Source of the DNA: Methanocellales archaeon
Lineage (GTDB): Archaea > Halobacteriota > UBA148
Reading direction: 5' to 3'
NCBI GenBank assembly: GCA_028715985.1
Contig: JAQUQR010000001.1
Coordinates: forward strand, 125,927 to 189,926
Length of the DNA stretch: 64,000 nt
Within the stretch, counting starts at the first letter, position 1. The number at the start of each line of letters is the position of its first letter. This document shows positions 11,467 through 22,033 of this stretch, one piece after another. The position numbers were made by a program, and so were the translations under genes. The notes under the pieces were generated by a model that had not been told where the DNA came from, did not search any database, and saw only the letters and a program-made list of their open reading frames with translations.

Positions 11467-13095
11467 TTGCGGAGAAGGATGTCTTTGTTTGAGGTTGCTT
11501 ATAGGAGGTATCAAGCATTGGGGCTTAAAGGAAGAGAGGGTGCGTCTGTCAGTCGTCGGAACTTCATGAAGGGGTTTATTATAGGGGCAGCCACAGTCGG
11601 CGGAGTTGCTATCCTATTGCAGAGAGTTAGCGAGATTTTAATGCATAGAAAGTGGGATAAAGTAATGGATGTTGTGGTCATAGGATTTGGATGTGCTGGC
11701 GCAGCAGCAGCCATAGAAGCACATGATGCCGGAGCTGAAGTAATCCTGTTGGAGAAAGAATCCGAACCTGGCGGTTCCACCGCCATCTGTGGTGGAGTAA
11801 TATATGCTGCTGATACCTCATTTCAAAAGGAGTATGGAGTACAAGACTCTCCAGATGAGATGTTTAAATATTGGATGGCAACTGGCAAAGGTCTGAATGA
11901 TCCAGAACTGGTCAGAGTGATAGCAGACAGGTCTAGTGAAAATGTAGATTGGCTAATGGGATTGGGCGCAAAAGCGGTATTTTTCGGCTTTTCTGGTGCT
12001 GAATTTTTACCCGAGTTTGCGGCTGCAACTCCCCCTAAACCCCGGGGCATTAAATTTGAGGGAGAGGGTGCTGGACTCTTTAAAATACTTAATAATGCCG
12101 TTTTAGAAAGGAAGATTGAGGTTTTGCTGGAGACTAAGGCAATTGAGCTGATAGTAAACACTAAAAGAGAAGTTATTGGTGTCAAAGCAGAAGGTAAAGG
12201 GGAAGAATTATACATCTGCGCTAAAAAGGGCGTGATCATAACTACAGGTGGTTTTGGGCATAATAGGGAGATGCTCAAAGATTATAGCCCCAAAGGTTAC
12301 AAGAGCATATCTGTTAATCCTCCTTGCAATACCGGAGATGGTATTCGAATGGCAAGGGCTTTGGGAGCTGACTTGAGAGTCATGCATGAGACCATAGGTG
12401 TACCAGGAACTGAGGTTCCCAGATTGAGGAGAGGTGTTCCAGTAGTTGCGCCTTCAGCAGGGATAGACTTGCCTGCTATTTTCGTGGATAAAAATGGAAA
12501 GAGATTCGTTGATGAATCTCTATACTATGATTATCTGAATGAGGTTTTCTTGGATCAGGAGGTAGCGTTCTTGATTTTCGATGATAATGTGAGAAAAATC
12601 GGGGGTTCTGGAGTCATACAAGGTATTAAATTTGGAATGTCCATGATTGCACTTGGTTTTACTAATGAAATGGATGATGAGATAAAAGGGGGTGTAGTGT
12701 TGCAAGCGTCTACTATTAGGGGTTTAGCCATGAAGATTGGTGTAGATCCAACGGAGTTAGAGAATACAGTGGAAATCTTTAACGAAAATGCGAAGTCAGG
12801 AGTCGACCCCGAGTTTGGTAGGGCGCGTGGGCTTGGACTAATCAAAACCCCTCCCTTTTACGCTATTGAGACCAGGCCTGCATTTTTTGATACAATGGGT
12901 GGTGTAAGTATAAACGTTAAAGCTCAGGTGTTAGATGTGTTCAATGAGACTATCCCAAGGTTGTACGCGGCTGGCAGAACAACTGGGGGGGCAATCGGTG
13001 AAGTTTATCCCGGGAGCGGCTCTGACATTCAGGAAGGAACGTGCTTCGGTCGCATCGCAGGCAGAAACGCAGCCGCTGAAGAGTCATGGTTTTAG
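11467..13095 (+). CDS. Tat-exported FAD-dependent oxidoreductase (fumarate reductase / flavocytochrome flavoprotein family).
   Basis: SRRNFMKGFIIGAATVGG twin-arginine signal followed by a GFGCAGAAAA dinucleotide-binding motif. The exact start is uncertain. Confidence 0.65.
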   Translation: MRRRMSLFEVAYRRYQALGLKGREGASVSRRNFMKGFIIGAATVGGVAILLQRVSEILMHRKWDKVMDVVVIGFGCAGAAAAIEAHDAGAEVILLEKESEPGGSTAICGGVIYAADTSFQKEYGVQDSPDEMFKYWMATGKGLNDPELVRVIADRSSENVDWLMGLGAKAVFFGFSGAEFLPEFAAATPPKPRGIKFEGEGAGLFKILNNAVLERKIEVLLETKAIELIVNTKREVIGVKAEGKGEELYICAKKGVIITTGGFGHNREMLKDYSPKGYKSISVNPPCNTGDGIRMARALGADLRVMHETIGVPGTEVPRLRRGVPVVAPSAGIDLPAIFVDKNGKRFVDESLYYDYLNEVFLDQEVAFLIFDDNVRKIGGSGVIQGIKFGMSMIALGFTNEMDDEIKGGVVLQASTIRGLAMKIGVDPTELENTVEIFNENAKSGVDPEFGRARGLGLIKTPPFYAIETRPAFFDTMGGVSINVKAQVLDVFNETIPRLYAAGRTTGGAIGEVYPGSGSDIQEGTCFGRIAGRNAAAEESWF

Positions 13096-13427
13096 GGTTG
13101 TGGGATAGTGCAGCTTATTTTCAATGGTACGTGATCTTTTTTTGTAAGTATCTAATAACCATTTTCATGCTCCCTGGTTGAATTTCATATAAGAACTAGG
13201 ACAGCTCCCTAATAGTATGATGCACTTGCAAAATTGACAAAATTATTAATGAAGATAACTTGATATATGTTAAAAAAGGATTTGATATCACGAGGTTACT
13301 GTGAGTATGTCCTAGAGAAGTATGCCACTAAGAAAACAAGTTATTATAGATGTCTCAAATTTGAAGACCGTTTCTAGTATTAAGATCCCTATCCTAGAGG
13401 TAGAACAAAGAATTTTTCATCTGAATA

Positions 13428-14027
13428 TTGGTTTTTTATCATGTGAATGAGGACGATGATATGACCCCTAAGGAGACAGTTAAAGAAAGCATCGAAAAAA
13501 TGTTCCTAAGGGAGAAACCTGCAAGCATCTTGCTAGCGATTGCAAAGCAGAGTAAACCCTACGCATCTGTCATCTCAAAAGAAGTTGATGCCACATATGC
13601 ACACACTACAAGCGTGCTCTCTGAAATGGAGCACCATGGGTTAATCTCCTCTAGTCAAGATGGCAGAGTGAAGTATATTGAGCTTACCGATCTCGGCAAG
13701 AACATAGCGGAGGCATTAAGCGTATTGATTAGTGCCTTTGGAGAAGTTCAAGTTATCCCAAAAGCTGAGGTAGATACAGAATTACAGAAGAAAATAACTT
13801 CCTTACGTTTGAGAGTGGAGAGGATATATAAAGAAGAGTTCGCTTGCAGAAACTCTCTTAGTATGACAGAGTCCACCAAGGTAAGTAGGAGGCTTGGACC
13901 ATATTGCAGGGAAATACGCAAGATGGACACGATACCTATTCGAGCCGAATCATTGAGAAAAGAGTTTGATGAGCTGAAGAAACGTATAGAAGAACTTATG
14001 TTGCTTAAAGAAAAGCTCAAGTCCTAG
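13428..14027 (+). CDS. Winged-helix DNA-binding protein with a coiled-coil C-terminus.
   Basis: ArsR/MarR-like wHTH region with a Lys/Glu-rich heptad tail. Confidence 0.45.
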   Translation: MVFYHVNEDDDMTPKETVKESIEKMFLREKPASILLAIAKQSKPYASVISKEVDATYAHTTSVLSEMEHHGLISSSQDGRVKYIELTDLGKNIAEALSVLISAFGEVQVIPKAEVDTELQKKITSLRLRVERIYKEEFACRNSLSMTESTKVSRRLGPYCREIRKMDTIPIRAESLRKEFDELKKRIEELMLLKEKLKS

Positions 14028-14380
14028 TCGATAATGGATTGGTGAATATACCCATATCTGCATATTTCCATATAATATAATCTCTCTAAAGCGTAGATAC
14101 CATATCCCTTCATTATTAATTATTATAATTGTATTTTTAGAGGTCGGATGCATAGAATACTATGATACCTGCGGAATCTACCAGGCAGAAAAGGCAGAGG
14201 GGAAAGCTGCGAATAGATTAACATAGTATCAAAAATGACCTCAAATAGTGGGACATCAGAAGCATGGTTTTACTATGCTCGTTGTTGCCATAATCCTCCC
14301 ACTGTTTCTGCTGGCTAAGGTCATATCTGATATTTAGTGCCTATGGATGTATACTCTATCTAGACGCTCGTCCTAGGGAG

Positions 14381-14827
14381 TCATAGCGTTTCCGGCGAAT
14401 TTTCCAGAATGGTAACCCACCACCACTTTGCCATGTCTACTAAGTCTTTGCTAAACTTTCCAGACAGGTGATATTCTCCACCCCTTATCTCCAGTAGTCC
14501 AGCACCCAATAATTTATTCCGCATGGAATAGAACGAGGATCGGCCGATATCCAGTTCCTTCATCAAGAGACTCCATTCGCTGACCAATATGGGTTGACCA
14601 GCCTTCTTTCTTTCCTCAACTATCTCAAGAAAACCTTTGGCCCTCATAGCTGTCACCTCTCCTTGAAACAGTCTATGCATGAGTTCAAGATAAGGGTCCC
14701 GAGATTGTGTTATTCTAGCTGTAGTGTGCGATCTTACAACCAGCGTGGTAGCCGTCCTAGGGGCATCTTTTACTTTGGTCATGGGTTCTTCCTTACCCTC
14801 CTCCTTTTTATATACCGTTTTCTTCAA
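14381..14827 (-). CDS. Hypothetical protein, possibly a wHTH regulator.
   Basis: Intact 148 aa ORF with an HTH-like segment [34 protein letters not shown]. Confidence 0.4.
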   Translation of the reverse strand: MKKTVYKKEEGKEEPMTKVKDAPRTATTLVVRSHTTARITQSRDPYLELMHRLFQGEVTAMRAKGFLEIVEERKKAGQPILVSEWSLLMKELDIGRSSFYSMRNKLLGAGLLEIRGGEYHLSGKFSKDLVDMAKWWWVTILENSPETL

Positions 14828-14829
14828 CT

Positions 14830-15888
14830 ATCGCTATTTCTGTTGGTGTCAGCCCATAACTTATACACCTTTTTATCAATAGCTCTATCTTATCGTCCAA
14901 TTTCGTTCACTCATTTCATTCAATCAATTGACAGTAATTAAATACGACACTAATCAACTTAATCATACCTCTATTTTATATCCCTATTTTCAATTAACTC
15001 TCAACTTTTAACTCTCACTTTTTTCCACACCAACCATTTTTAACAAAACATTCATTACATTATTTTAATTAATTTCTTTTTTTATTTTATCTTTTTTCTT
15101 TTTTAGATGAAAAATATAATCTTAGATGTATCTCAGATGTATCTCACTTCATCTAATTTTAAGCCTTATAAAAGAATTAATTTGTTATTATTCCTTTTTT
15201 ATGACTTATTTATCTTAAAAAAACCTTTAAAATAACTTTTCAATCTTGAAATCAGCGAACTTTTTTGATTACAATTGATTTTGGTTCAAACAACATATGG
15301 ATTTTCCTATTTTCAGTTTTTGATGTGCATAGTACTACTGAATAGACTTCTTTTTCATCCGTATTACAAATAATATAAGAACAAATTTTCAGCACCCAAA
15401 AAATCTTGATGATTGTCAACTCAATCATTCCAAAGTATATAGGAATTTATGTTATGGTATGTGCAACTCCCCCCTTAACGACCAAAAGTATGTCAAAATC
15501 GATCATTCAGAAATTTTTTGAGTTTTGTTCCTATATAAGTTGTAATACTTGTTCTCTATGTTAATTCGTTTTACAATAAAGTTCCTTTTTCTTTTTTATA
15601 AGATATATTTTATATAATATTTATGGTACCCAATTTAGTTAGATGAAATAGCCTAAAATAAATATATAATCACATCTAAATAAAAAATATTTGGCTAATT
15701 CTAATAGTTATATTAGAAAGTATATTATATGACATTATTGTTATGATATACTCTTTTTAGAGTATATTTTTTTAGGGAGCCTAAAATATATTTAGGATAA
15801 CCTAAAAATTGAAACAACCAAAAAGAATTAAATTGTGGATTAAAAAATATGAGAAGAGGAAAAGTGAGAGTTCTGAAGAAAAATCACC
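14830..15888. other. About 1.06 kb AT-rich ORF-free intergenic region.
   Basis: No ORF of 60 aa or more on any strand. Roughly 20-25% GC against about 45% in flanking genes. Contains the short direct repeat agatgtatctc x2 and cctaaaat / atttagg palindromic pieces. Confidence 0.6.
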
Positions 15889-16281
15889 TTAATTCTCTTT
15901 TTCGTTGCCCAAAGAGTATTCTATTGGTTTTGGCCCATACTTTGTGATGATGGTATTTATCTGACTGATGTTAATGGATATCTCTCGTCCACAGACTTCT
16001 TTTCGTCTTCTTTGGCCTTCATCTATTGGGTGGTGCCCCGTCCCTCCAAACGTCAAGACTTTTCGCCGCTGACTCCCAGACAAATCCTCTCGCATTGGAA
16101 ATCCATTTTTATCTGTTCCACCTGTGATCTGCAACTCGTAACCAGGGAGTTCAAGTAACTCTCCGTCAATTGTGCTGCCGATCCTCTTGCCCACAAGCTT
16201 ATCTGCATGTGCTTCAGAAACTTCCACTTGATATGCCTTCCCCTTCTGGGGATCTGAAATGACTACTCTAAAGTTCACCAT
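15889..16281 (-). CDS. rps6e: 30S ribosomal protein S6e.
   Basis: Typical S6e sequence, placed in the conserved position downstream of aIF5B. Confidence 0.85.
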   Translation of the reverse strand: MVNFRVVISDPQKGKAYQVEVSEAHADKLVGKRIGSTIDGELLELPGYELQITGGTDKNGFPMREDLSGSQRRKVLTFGGTGHHPIDEGQRRRKEVCGREISINISQINTIITKYGPKPIEYSLGNEKEN

Positions 16282-16289
16282 GTTTTTAC

Positions 16290-18065
16290 CTACCTAGCCC
16301 AAAATGGGTCAATTTTCCTTTTTATTTCTAGAAACTCCTTCAACGTCTCAAGCTCGTCCGCAGGTATTGTGTCACATAACTCCTGTTCTATGGTCCTCGC
16401 ATGTTTTTTTGGAATATCCACATATAAAATATCCCCTTCTTTTATTTGTCTTCCAACAGTGGGCCCTTCGATGGATACTGCAGCCTCTTTTCCGGCAACA
16501 GCTTCATTTCTACTCTCTCCGTGTTCTTGGATGCCCTTGATTATTCCAACGTTTATGCCACTCTCTTTGATTACAGAAACCCCAGGCTTGATTTTACCAC
16601 CGAGTATTTTCACCCCAACGATTGCTGGCTTACTTTTCCTAAAAACACAACCTGGCATAAGCCTGAGCTTACCAGCCCTAATGATTGCCTCCAGTTCTTT
16701 CCTCTCAGATATCGACTGCCGTTCTTTAACCCATATATTATAATCCTCTAACAGCCGATAGATGACATTACCTTGAAATACTTGAACCTTGGACCTCAAC
16801 GCCTCATCTTTTGCATCTTGAAGCATCTCTACACAAAATCCGATGACGACCGCTAAATAGGGATCCCTAATCGTTGCAGCCTCTATGATGTCTCGTTTAG
16901 AAATGTCACCCACATCAGCCTTCCATATCGGAACTTTGGCATCGTTTAGCTCTTGCACTAACGCCTCTAAAGATCCAATTGTATCTGCTTTGAGGGTTAC
17001 ACCGATCTCGTCTGTCTTAATCTTTACTTCATCCAATTCGGATTTAATGTCATTTGATATTTTTTCTACTAGGGCCTCATCCTCAACAACTCGCATAGGT
17101 GAGCCAGCCAGTGCGCTCTCCAGAGAATGTGCAACTACCTTTATACCTGCTGCTGCAACGATTTTATCTACTCGCTGAAACTTTTCTTCGATCCTGATCT
17201 CGGTCAGAGGTCTTGGCTTTAATAGTGCACGAACTCTTGTCACGATTGGCTCCCCATAACTACCTACTATTATCGTATCTCCAGTCTTAAGTTCTCCATC
17301 ATATAATATTACATCGAGTGTTTTGCCAAGCCCCCTCTCTTCTTTGACCTCTAGCACAGTCCCCATACCTGGGCCTTTTGCATGAAGTCTTAGATCTCCC
17401 TCGAGGAAGCGTTGTGCTAAGCCTATCAAGATCATCAGTAAATCTGGGATCCCCTCTCCGGTCTTAGCGCTAATTGGAATAACGCCGACATTCTTCTGGA
17501 AGTCCCTGATTCTATCATACCTATCGGAACTAAAACCCGCTTCATTTAGCTGATTGATCAGCCTATAGACGAGGTTGTCGAGTGATCTTTTTGTATATTC
17601 GCTTTGATTCTCATATGTTAATATAAATGCTTTATCCTCATGTGGGCGCCATCCATGAATTCGATCGATTTTGTTTGCTGCTAATACAAAAGGTGTCTTA
17701 AAACGGCGAAGGATTTTAAGAGCTTCTGTCGTCTGAGGTTGAAAACCCTCTGTTGCATCGACAACTAAAACCGCTAGATCTGCTAATGCCCCGCCCCTGC
17801 TCCTAAGCGTTGTAAAGGCATGGTGTCCGGGCGTATCGATGAAAAGCAGTCCAGGGACTTTGAAGTCGCCCTTCATGAGAGAGCCGCATTTATCCTGAAT
17901 GGTTGCTAGGGGGACTTCAGTAGCACCTATATGCTGGGTGATGGCTCCCTTTTCTTGCTCCGCTATGCTGGTACCTCGTATCTCATCTAGTAACGATGTT
18001 TTTCCATGATCGATATGGCCCAATACACATATGATCGGAGTTCTTAGATCTGCCTTTTTTACCAT
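16290..18065 (-). CDS. infB: Translation initiation factor aIF5B (IF-2 homolog).
   Basis: GHIDHGKT G1 motif, DTPGH motif, 591 aa. Confidence 0.9.
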   Translation of the reverse strand: MVKKADLRTPIICVLGHIDHGKTSLLDEIRGTSIAEQEKGAITQHIGATEVPLATIQDKCGSLMKGDFKVPGLLFIDTPGHHAFTTLRSRGGALADLAVLVVDATEGFQPQTTEALKILRRFKTPFVLAANKIDRIHGWRPHEDKAFILTYENQSEYTKRSLDNLVYRLINQLNEAGFSSDRYDRIRDFQKNVGVIPISAKTGEGIPDLLMILIGLAQRFLEGDLRLHAKGPGMGTVLEVKEERGLGKTLDVILYDGELKTGDTIIVGSYGEPIVTRVRALLKPRPLTEIRIEEKFQRVDKIVAAAGIKVVAHSLESALAGSPMRVVEDEALVEKISNDIKSELDEVKIKTDEIGVTLKADTIGSLEALVQELNDAKVPIWKADVGDISKRDIIEAATIRDPYLAVVIGFCVEMLQDAKDEALRSKVQVFQGNVIYRLLEDYNIWVKERQSISERKELEAIIRAGKLRLMPGCVFRKSKPAIVGVKILGGKIKPGVSVIKESGINVGIIKGIQEHGESRNEAVAGKEAAVSIEGPTVGRQIKEGDILYVDIPKKHARTIEQELCDTIPADELETLKEFLEIKRKIDPFWAR

Positions 18066-18170
18066 CTTGGTCTGCTTAGTTATTCCGAGACAATATATAA
18101 GAATGTTGGGGATAACAATGATTTATGGCCAAAATATTCACGAAAAATTGAATAACACAAGAGAATTAAA

Positions 18171-18362
18171 ATGAAAGACTTTTGGAAGGGCTTGATCATT
18201 TTTATATTGGGTTTAATGCTCTGGATCATGGCTAGTATAGTAGAAGCTGCAGCAATAAGTTTCTATGGAGAATCATATTTTTGGTCTAGATTCATCATGG
18301 GTTTTGGATTTCTTTTGATGCCTCTTGGACCAATATTTTTTTTTGGATTGTTATTCCCCTGA
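18171..18362 (+). CDS. Small membrane ORF. It may be the N-terminal part of a longer gene interrupted at a T9 run.
   Basis: Two TM helices. The ORF ends just after the T9 homopolymer at 18336-18344. Confidence 0.35.
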   Translation: MKDFWKGLIIFILGLMLWIMASIVEAAAISFYGESYFWSRFIMGFGFLLMPLGPIFFFGLLFP

Positions 18363-18430
18363 AAAACAGATGGTATGGAAAACATAAAAAGCGATTTGCT
18401 ATTGCTATAACACCTTTTATTCTGGTTATT

Positions 18431-18913
18431 TTGCTTTCCCTCTATGTCATAGTCCATGGCGTTATGTATGGGCCCACATTACAAGAAAATGAAAAACAAC
18501 TAGACGATTTAGCCTACATCAAAATAATGGCTGCTGGGTATAGTGACGATGCTGATTCCGAATCTGAAGGTGTCGCTATTGATGTTGTTTATTATGATAG
18601 TAAAAGCGAACCTATTGATTTCACGAATGTTCCGATGAATGTTGTCATAGAATTGTATGGCTATCACGATATCTCAGATACCTTTGATCAGGATAAAATG
18701 GAATTAGTACATAAAGAATCTATTACCATAGACCATTCAATGAGGTTGGGCGAAATGTTTGGAAAATACATTAGAATTCCCTTTGATGACATTTCAGTCG
18801 ATTCCAAAGAGTACTACGAATATGGGACGATCAAAGTAACAGTAGAGATGCTGGGGAAAGGAAAATTTTCAGATGAAACCGATTTAGTTCCGTTATACAA
18901 AGTAACTGTCTGA
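18431..18913 (+). CDS. Hypothetical protein with an N-terminal hydrophobic anchor. It may be the C-terminal part of a gene begun at 18171.
   Basis: The listed ORF begins at TTG. A +1 frame continuation from the T9 run joins it to 18171..18362. Confidence 0.4.
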   Translation: MLSLYVIVHGVMYGPTLQENEKQLDDLAYIKIMAAGYSDDADSESEGVAIDVVYYDSKSEPIDFTNVPMNVVIELYGYHDISDTFDQDKMELVHKESITIDHSMRLGEMFGKYIRIPFDDISVDSKEYYEYGTIKVTVEMLGKGKFSDETDLVPLYKVTV

Positions 18914-18964
18914 GATAAACGTGGTATTTGGTTAAATATCCTCAAAAGTATCTTTCAACAGTAT

Positions 18965-19393
18965 CTATTCAGTACATTCATCATCGAAAAATATGCTGAT
19001 TTCCCTTTTCGCACTCTCCAATGAATCGGATGCATGAACTGTATTTTGCGTGACGCTGGAGGCAAAATCTCCTCTAATTGTGCCTTTGCTGGCTTTAGAG
19101 GGATCTGTGGCACCAACCATGGTTCTTACAGCCGATATAACATTTTTTCCTTCGAGGACCGTCGCCACTATAGGGCCAGACATGATATAATCGACCAGCG
19201 AGCTGAAAAACGGCTTATGAACATGCTCTGCATAAAGTCGTCTTGCGGTTTGTTCGTCAACAGACACCATCTTGAGCGCAGTTATCTTTAGCCCCTTTTG
19301 CTCGATGCGACGAATGATCTCTCCTATCAGTCTTCGTTCGACCCCATCTGGTTTTATCAGCAGGAGTGTGCGCTCTATTCTTTCCATACCCAT
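18965..19393 (-). CDS. ndk: Nucleoside diphosphate kinase.
   Basis: NDK family sequence with an active-site His region. Confidence 0.85.
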   Translation of the reverse strand: MGMERIERTLLLIKPDGVERRLIGEIIRRIEQKGLKITALKMVSVDEQTARRLYAEHVHKPFFSSLVDYIMSGPIVATVLEGKNVISAVRTMVGATDPSKASKGTIRGDFASSVTQNTVHASDSLESAKREISIFFDDECTE

Positions 19394-19400
19394 ATACGAA

Positions 19401-19664
19401 TCACTCTTTCTTCGATCTCGGCTTTTTAGGCTTCCTTGCTGGTTTGGGCTTCTCGACTTTCTCCTTTGATTTGCTCTCGGCCGTTTTCTTTACTTTTTTC
19501 CTTACCCACTCTGTTCTTCGAGAGACCCTGCCAAGAGCAAAGTTATTCTCACATTTCGAGGAGCAAAAGAAGTAGATGGCTCCATCGCTTTGAACAAACA
19601 TCTTGCCTGTTCCTGGCTCTATGGGACTACTACAGAACGAACATTTATTTTCCATCAGGTTCAC
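19401..19664 (-). CDS. rpl24e: 50S ribosomal protein L24e.
   Basis: N-terminal CSFC...CSSKC zinc ribbon with a Lys-rich tail. Confidence 0.85.
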   Translation of the reverse strand: MNLMENKCSFCSSPIEPGTGKMFVQSDGAIYFFCSSKCENNFALGRVSRRTEWVRKKVKKTAESKSKEKVEKPKPARKPKKPRSKKE

Positions 19665-19876
19665 CGCGTCGTCAGTTTCTTAGCTTCTCTTGCGGTCTCA
19701 AGTAACATTAGAATGTCACCTAAGCGCACCGGTCCCATACAATTACGAGTGATTATCCTTCCTTTATTGATGCCATCGAGAATCCGACAATTGACCTGGA
19801 CTGCTTCTCCATGCATTCCCGTCCTGCCAAGCACTTGTATGACTTCTGCTGGGACAACTCCCTCATCTTCTACCAT
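19661..19876 (-). CDS. rps28e: 30S ribosomal protein S28e.
   Basis: 71 aa with the typical S28e sequence. Confidence 0.85.
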   Translation of the reverse strand: MVEDEGVVPAEVIQVLGRTGMHGEAVQVNCRILDGINKGRIITRNCMGPVRLGDILMLLETAREAKKLTTR

Positions 19877-19881
19877 TTAGA

Positions 19882-20250
19882 TCACTTTAACGCTTTAATT
19901 TTTGGTGCAATCTCTTCAATGAGACCTTTGCCTTTGCCCACATCTATGATTGCAGCGGATACGCAACCAACATTTAATCCTGCTGCTGCACCAAGTTCAT
20001 CTTGCTTGCGGACATATATGTAGGGCGTATTCTTTTCATCGCATAAAGGAGGTATGTGCATAACGATTTCCTCTGGCTGAACATCCTCTGCTATGAAAAC
20101 AAGTTTTGCGATGCCTCGCTCGATTGCTTTCGTGACTTCATTTGTGCCTTTTTTGATTTTACCCGTGTCCCTTGCCAATTCCAACAATTCTAATGCCTGG
20201 TCCTCTAGCTCTTTTGGAACCTCAAATCGAACATATATCGGTTTTGCCAT
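19882..20250 (-). CDS. rpl7ae: 50S ribosomal protein L7Ae.
   Basis: L7Ae/L30e family protein of 122 aa. Confidence 0.85.
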   Translation of the reverse strand: MAKPIYVRFEVPKELEDQALELLELARDTGKIKKGTNEVTKAIERGIAKLVFIAEDVQPEEIVMHIPPLCDEKNTPYIYVRKQDELGAAAGLNVGCVSAAIIDVGKGKGLIEEIAPKIKALK

Positions 20251-20350
20251 TTTCTAACCTCATTCTGGACTAAGTCCTTCATCAATCATCGATTGTGAAG
20301 TGTTGAGCCACTAATATTAAATCCTTGCTTTTTATACCTTATGCTCGATA

Positions 20351-22033
20351 CTACTTGTGCGCAAAATATGCCACTATCTCATCATTTATGGCATCTATCC
20401 TCACGAATCCGAACCGTTCAAATTGGACGACGTTACCTAACTCTGAGCCAATCCCTCTTTCTCCAATGCCCGTGTATTCTTTCTCCGGACCTATCACTTT
20501 GACCTTAACTCCTTCTGGAGGACACCAGTGAATGATAGCAGCGCCTTTTTTGGTGATACTTAAATCGTTCCCGATATACTCTGCCCTAAGTGGGCGTAAG
20601 CCGGTGATTTGGATATTGTACAAGTCCTTAAGCCGTAGATTATCGCCTTTCTTGATGCCTTGTAAGTCATCTTTGCATACAAAAACTTCTCCCTGCACTG
20701 AGATCTCTCTCAAGCCCCTTCTCTCTGTGGGATGCAGTGGAGCTTTTGCCACAGTTGGCATCGCGTTCTCTATGTCCAAGTGTAAGGGGTCCCAAACGAA
20801 GAAGTACCTGTTAGCAATGGTATCTACAATTTTCCTGTTTTCGGCATATAGTGTGTCCATACTAACTGCTATATCGGTCCCACTCATGCCAAGATCGATC
20901 ATGAAATTTCTGATAGCCTCTGCTTGGATGCCCCTTCTCCTTAGGGCTCGCACTGTTGGTAGACGCGGATCATCCCAGCCCCTATATTCTCCTTTTTCGA
21001 TTGCCCTCTTTATTTCACTTGTGCTGAACTTGCCGAATTCATGAATTTTTATACGCCCCCAGTGGCTCGTCTTGGGATATTTCCACCCAAAATAGTCATA
21101 GATGAATTTTTGCCTTTTTTCACTGTCCATCAGGTCCTTTCCCCTTATTATGTGTGTGACTCTAAGCAAATGATCCTCCATCGCAGATTCAAAATCCAGC
21201 ATTGGCCAGACCACATATTTGCGTCCTACTCTAGGATGTGACTCTTTGATGACCCTGAGAGCAACCCAATCACGTAGGGCAGGATCTTTATGCAGGATAT
21301 CTGTCTTTATCCGCAAAACAGCCTCTCCTTCGTCATATTCGCCGGCCAACATTTTTTTCCAGTGATTCAGGTTGGCCTCTGCTTCTTGTTCTCGATGCGG
21401 ACAAGCTTTCATGGAATCCTTAAAAATCTTGAACCTCTCCCTATCACAGAAACAGATATAAGCCTTGCCCATTTTTATGAGCTTCTCAGCATATTGATAA
21501 TACTCCTCAATTCGATCAGAGGCGATCACGATCTCATCGGGATTAGCGCCTAACCATTCACAATCCTCTTTGTACCAAGCATAGGCTTCCAGCATGGGTC
21601 TTTTAGTCTTTGGGTCGGTATCATCAAATCGAAGGATGAACTTGCCGTTGTACATTTGTGCATACTCGTGATTGATGATTATACCTCTTGCATTTCCCAA
21701 TGTCGGCGGTCCATTGGGATTGGGCGCAATCCTCATCGTCACTTTCTCTCCAGCCTCCAAGGGCGGGAGTCCACGCATTCTCTCCTTTTTTTGGGGTACC
21801 ATCAATTCAGGTGCAATTTGCTGGAGTCGTGCTAAACGTTCATCAGAGGTCATCGCACTTACTTTCTCTATGAGTCCCTGAATTAGGGGTGAAATTTTAC
21901 TTGTCTTTGTTCTAAGCCAGGGGCATTCGCCTAACACCTTGCCCATCACAGCATCTGCTAGGGGGGCTGAATCGTATTTGAGTGCATTCTGTAATGCATG
22001 TTTTTCAATTACTTTTTCTATCGATTCTTTCAT
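20351..22033 (-). CDS. gltX: Glutamate--tRNA ligase, archaeal type.
   Basis: Class I aaRS catalytic core of 560 aa, the archaeal GluRS size and arrangement. Confidence 0.75.
   Translation of the reverse strand: MKESIEKVIEKHALQNALKYDSAPLADAVMGKVLGECPWLRTKTSKISPLIQGLIEKVSAMTSDERLARLQQIAPELMVPQKKERMRGLPPLEAGEKVTMRIAPNPNGPPTLGNARGIIINHEYAQMYNGKFILRFDDTDPKTKRPMLEAYAWYKEDCEWLGANPDEIVIASDRIEEYYQYAEKLIKMGKAYICFCDRERFKIFKDSMKACPHREQEAEANLNHWKKMLAGEYDEGEAVLRIKTDILHKDPALRDWVALRVIKESHPRVGRKYVVWPMLDFESAMEDHLLRVTHIIRGKDLMDSEKRQKFIYDYFGWKYPKTSHWGRIKIHEFGKFSTSEIKRAIEKGEYRGWDDPRLPTVRALRRRGIQAEAIRNFMIDLGMSGTDIAVSMDTLYAENRKIVDTIANRYFFVWDPLHLDIENAMPTVAKAPLHPTERRGLREISVQGEVFVCKDDLQGIKKGDNLRLKDLYNIQITGLRPLRAEYIGNDLSITKKGAAIIHWCPPEGVKVKVIGPEKEYTGIGERGIGSELGNVVQFERFGFVRIDAINDEIVAYFAHK

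Noticed and set aside
14830-15888. AT-rich 1-kb region as the chromosomal replication origin.
   Set aside because: No orc1/cdc6 gene is adjacent and no clear ORB-type repeats were recognised. It is kept as an unexplained AT-rich region instead.
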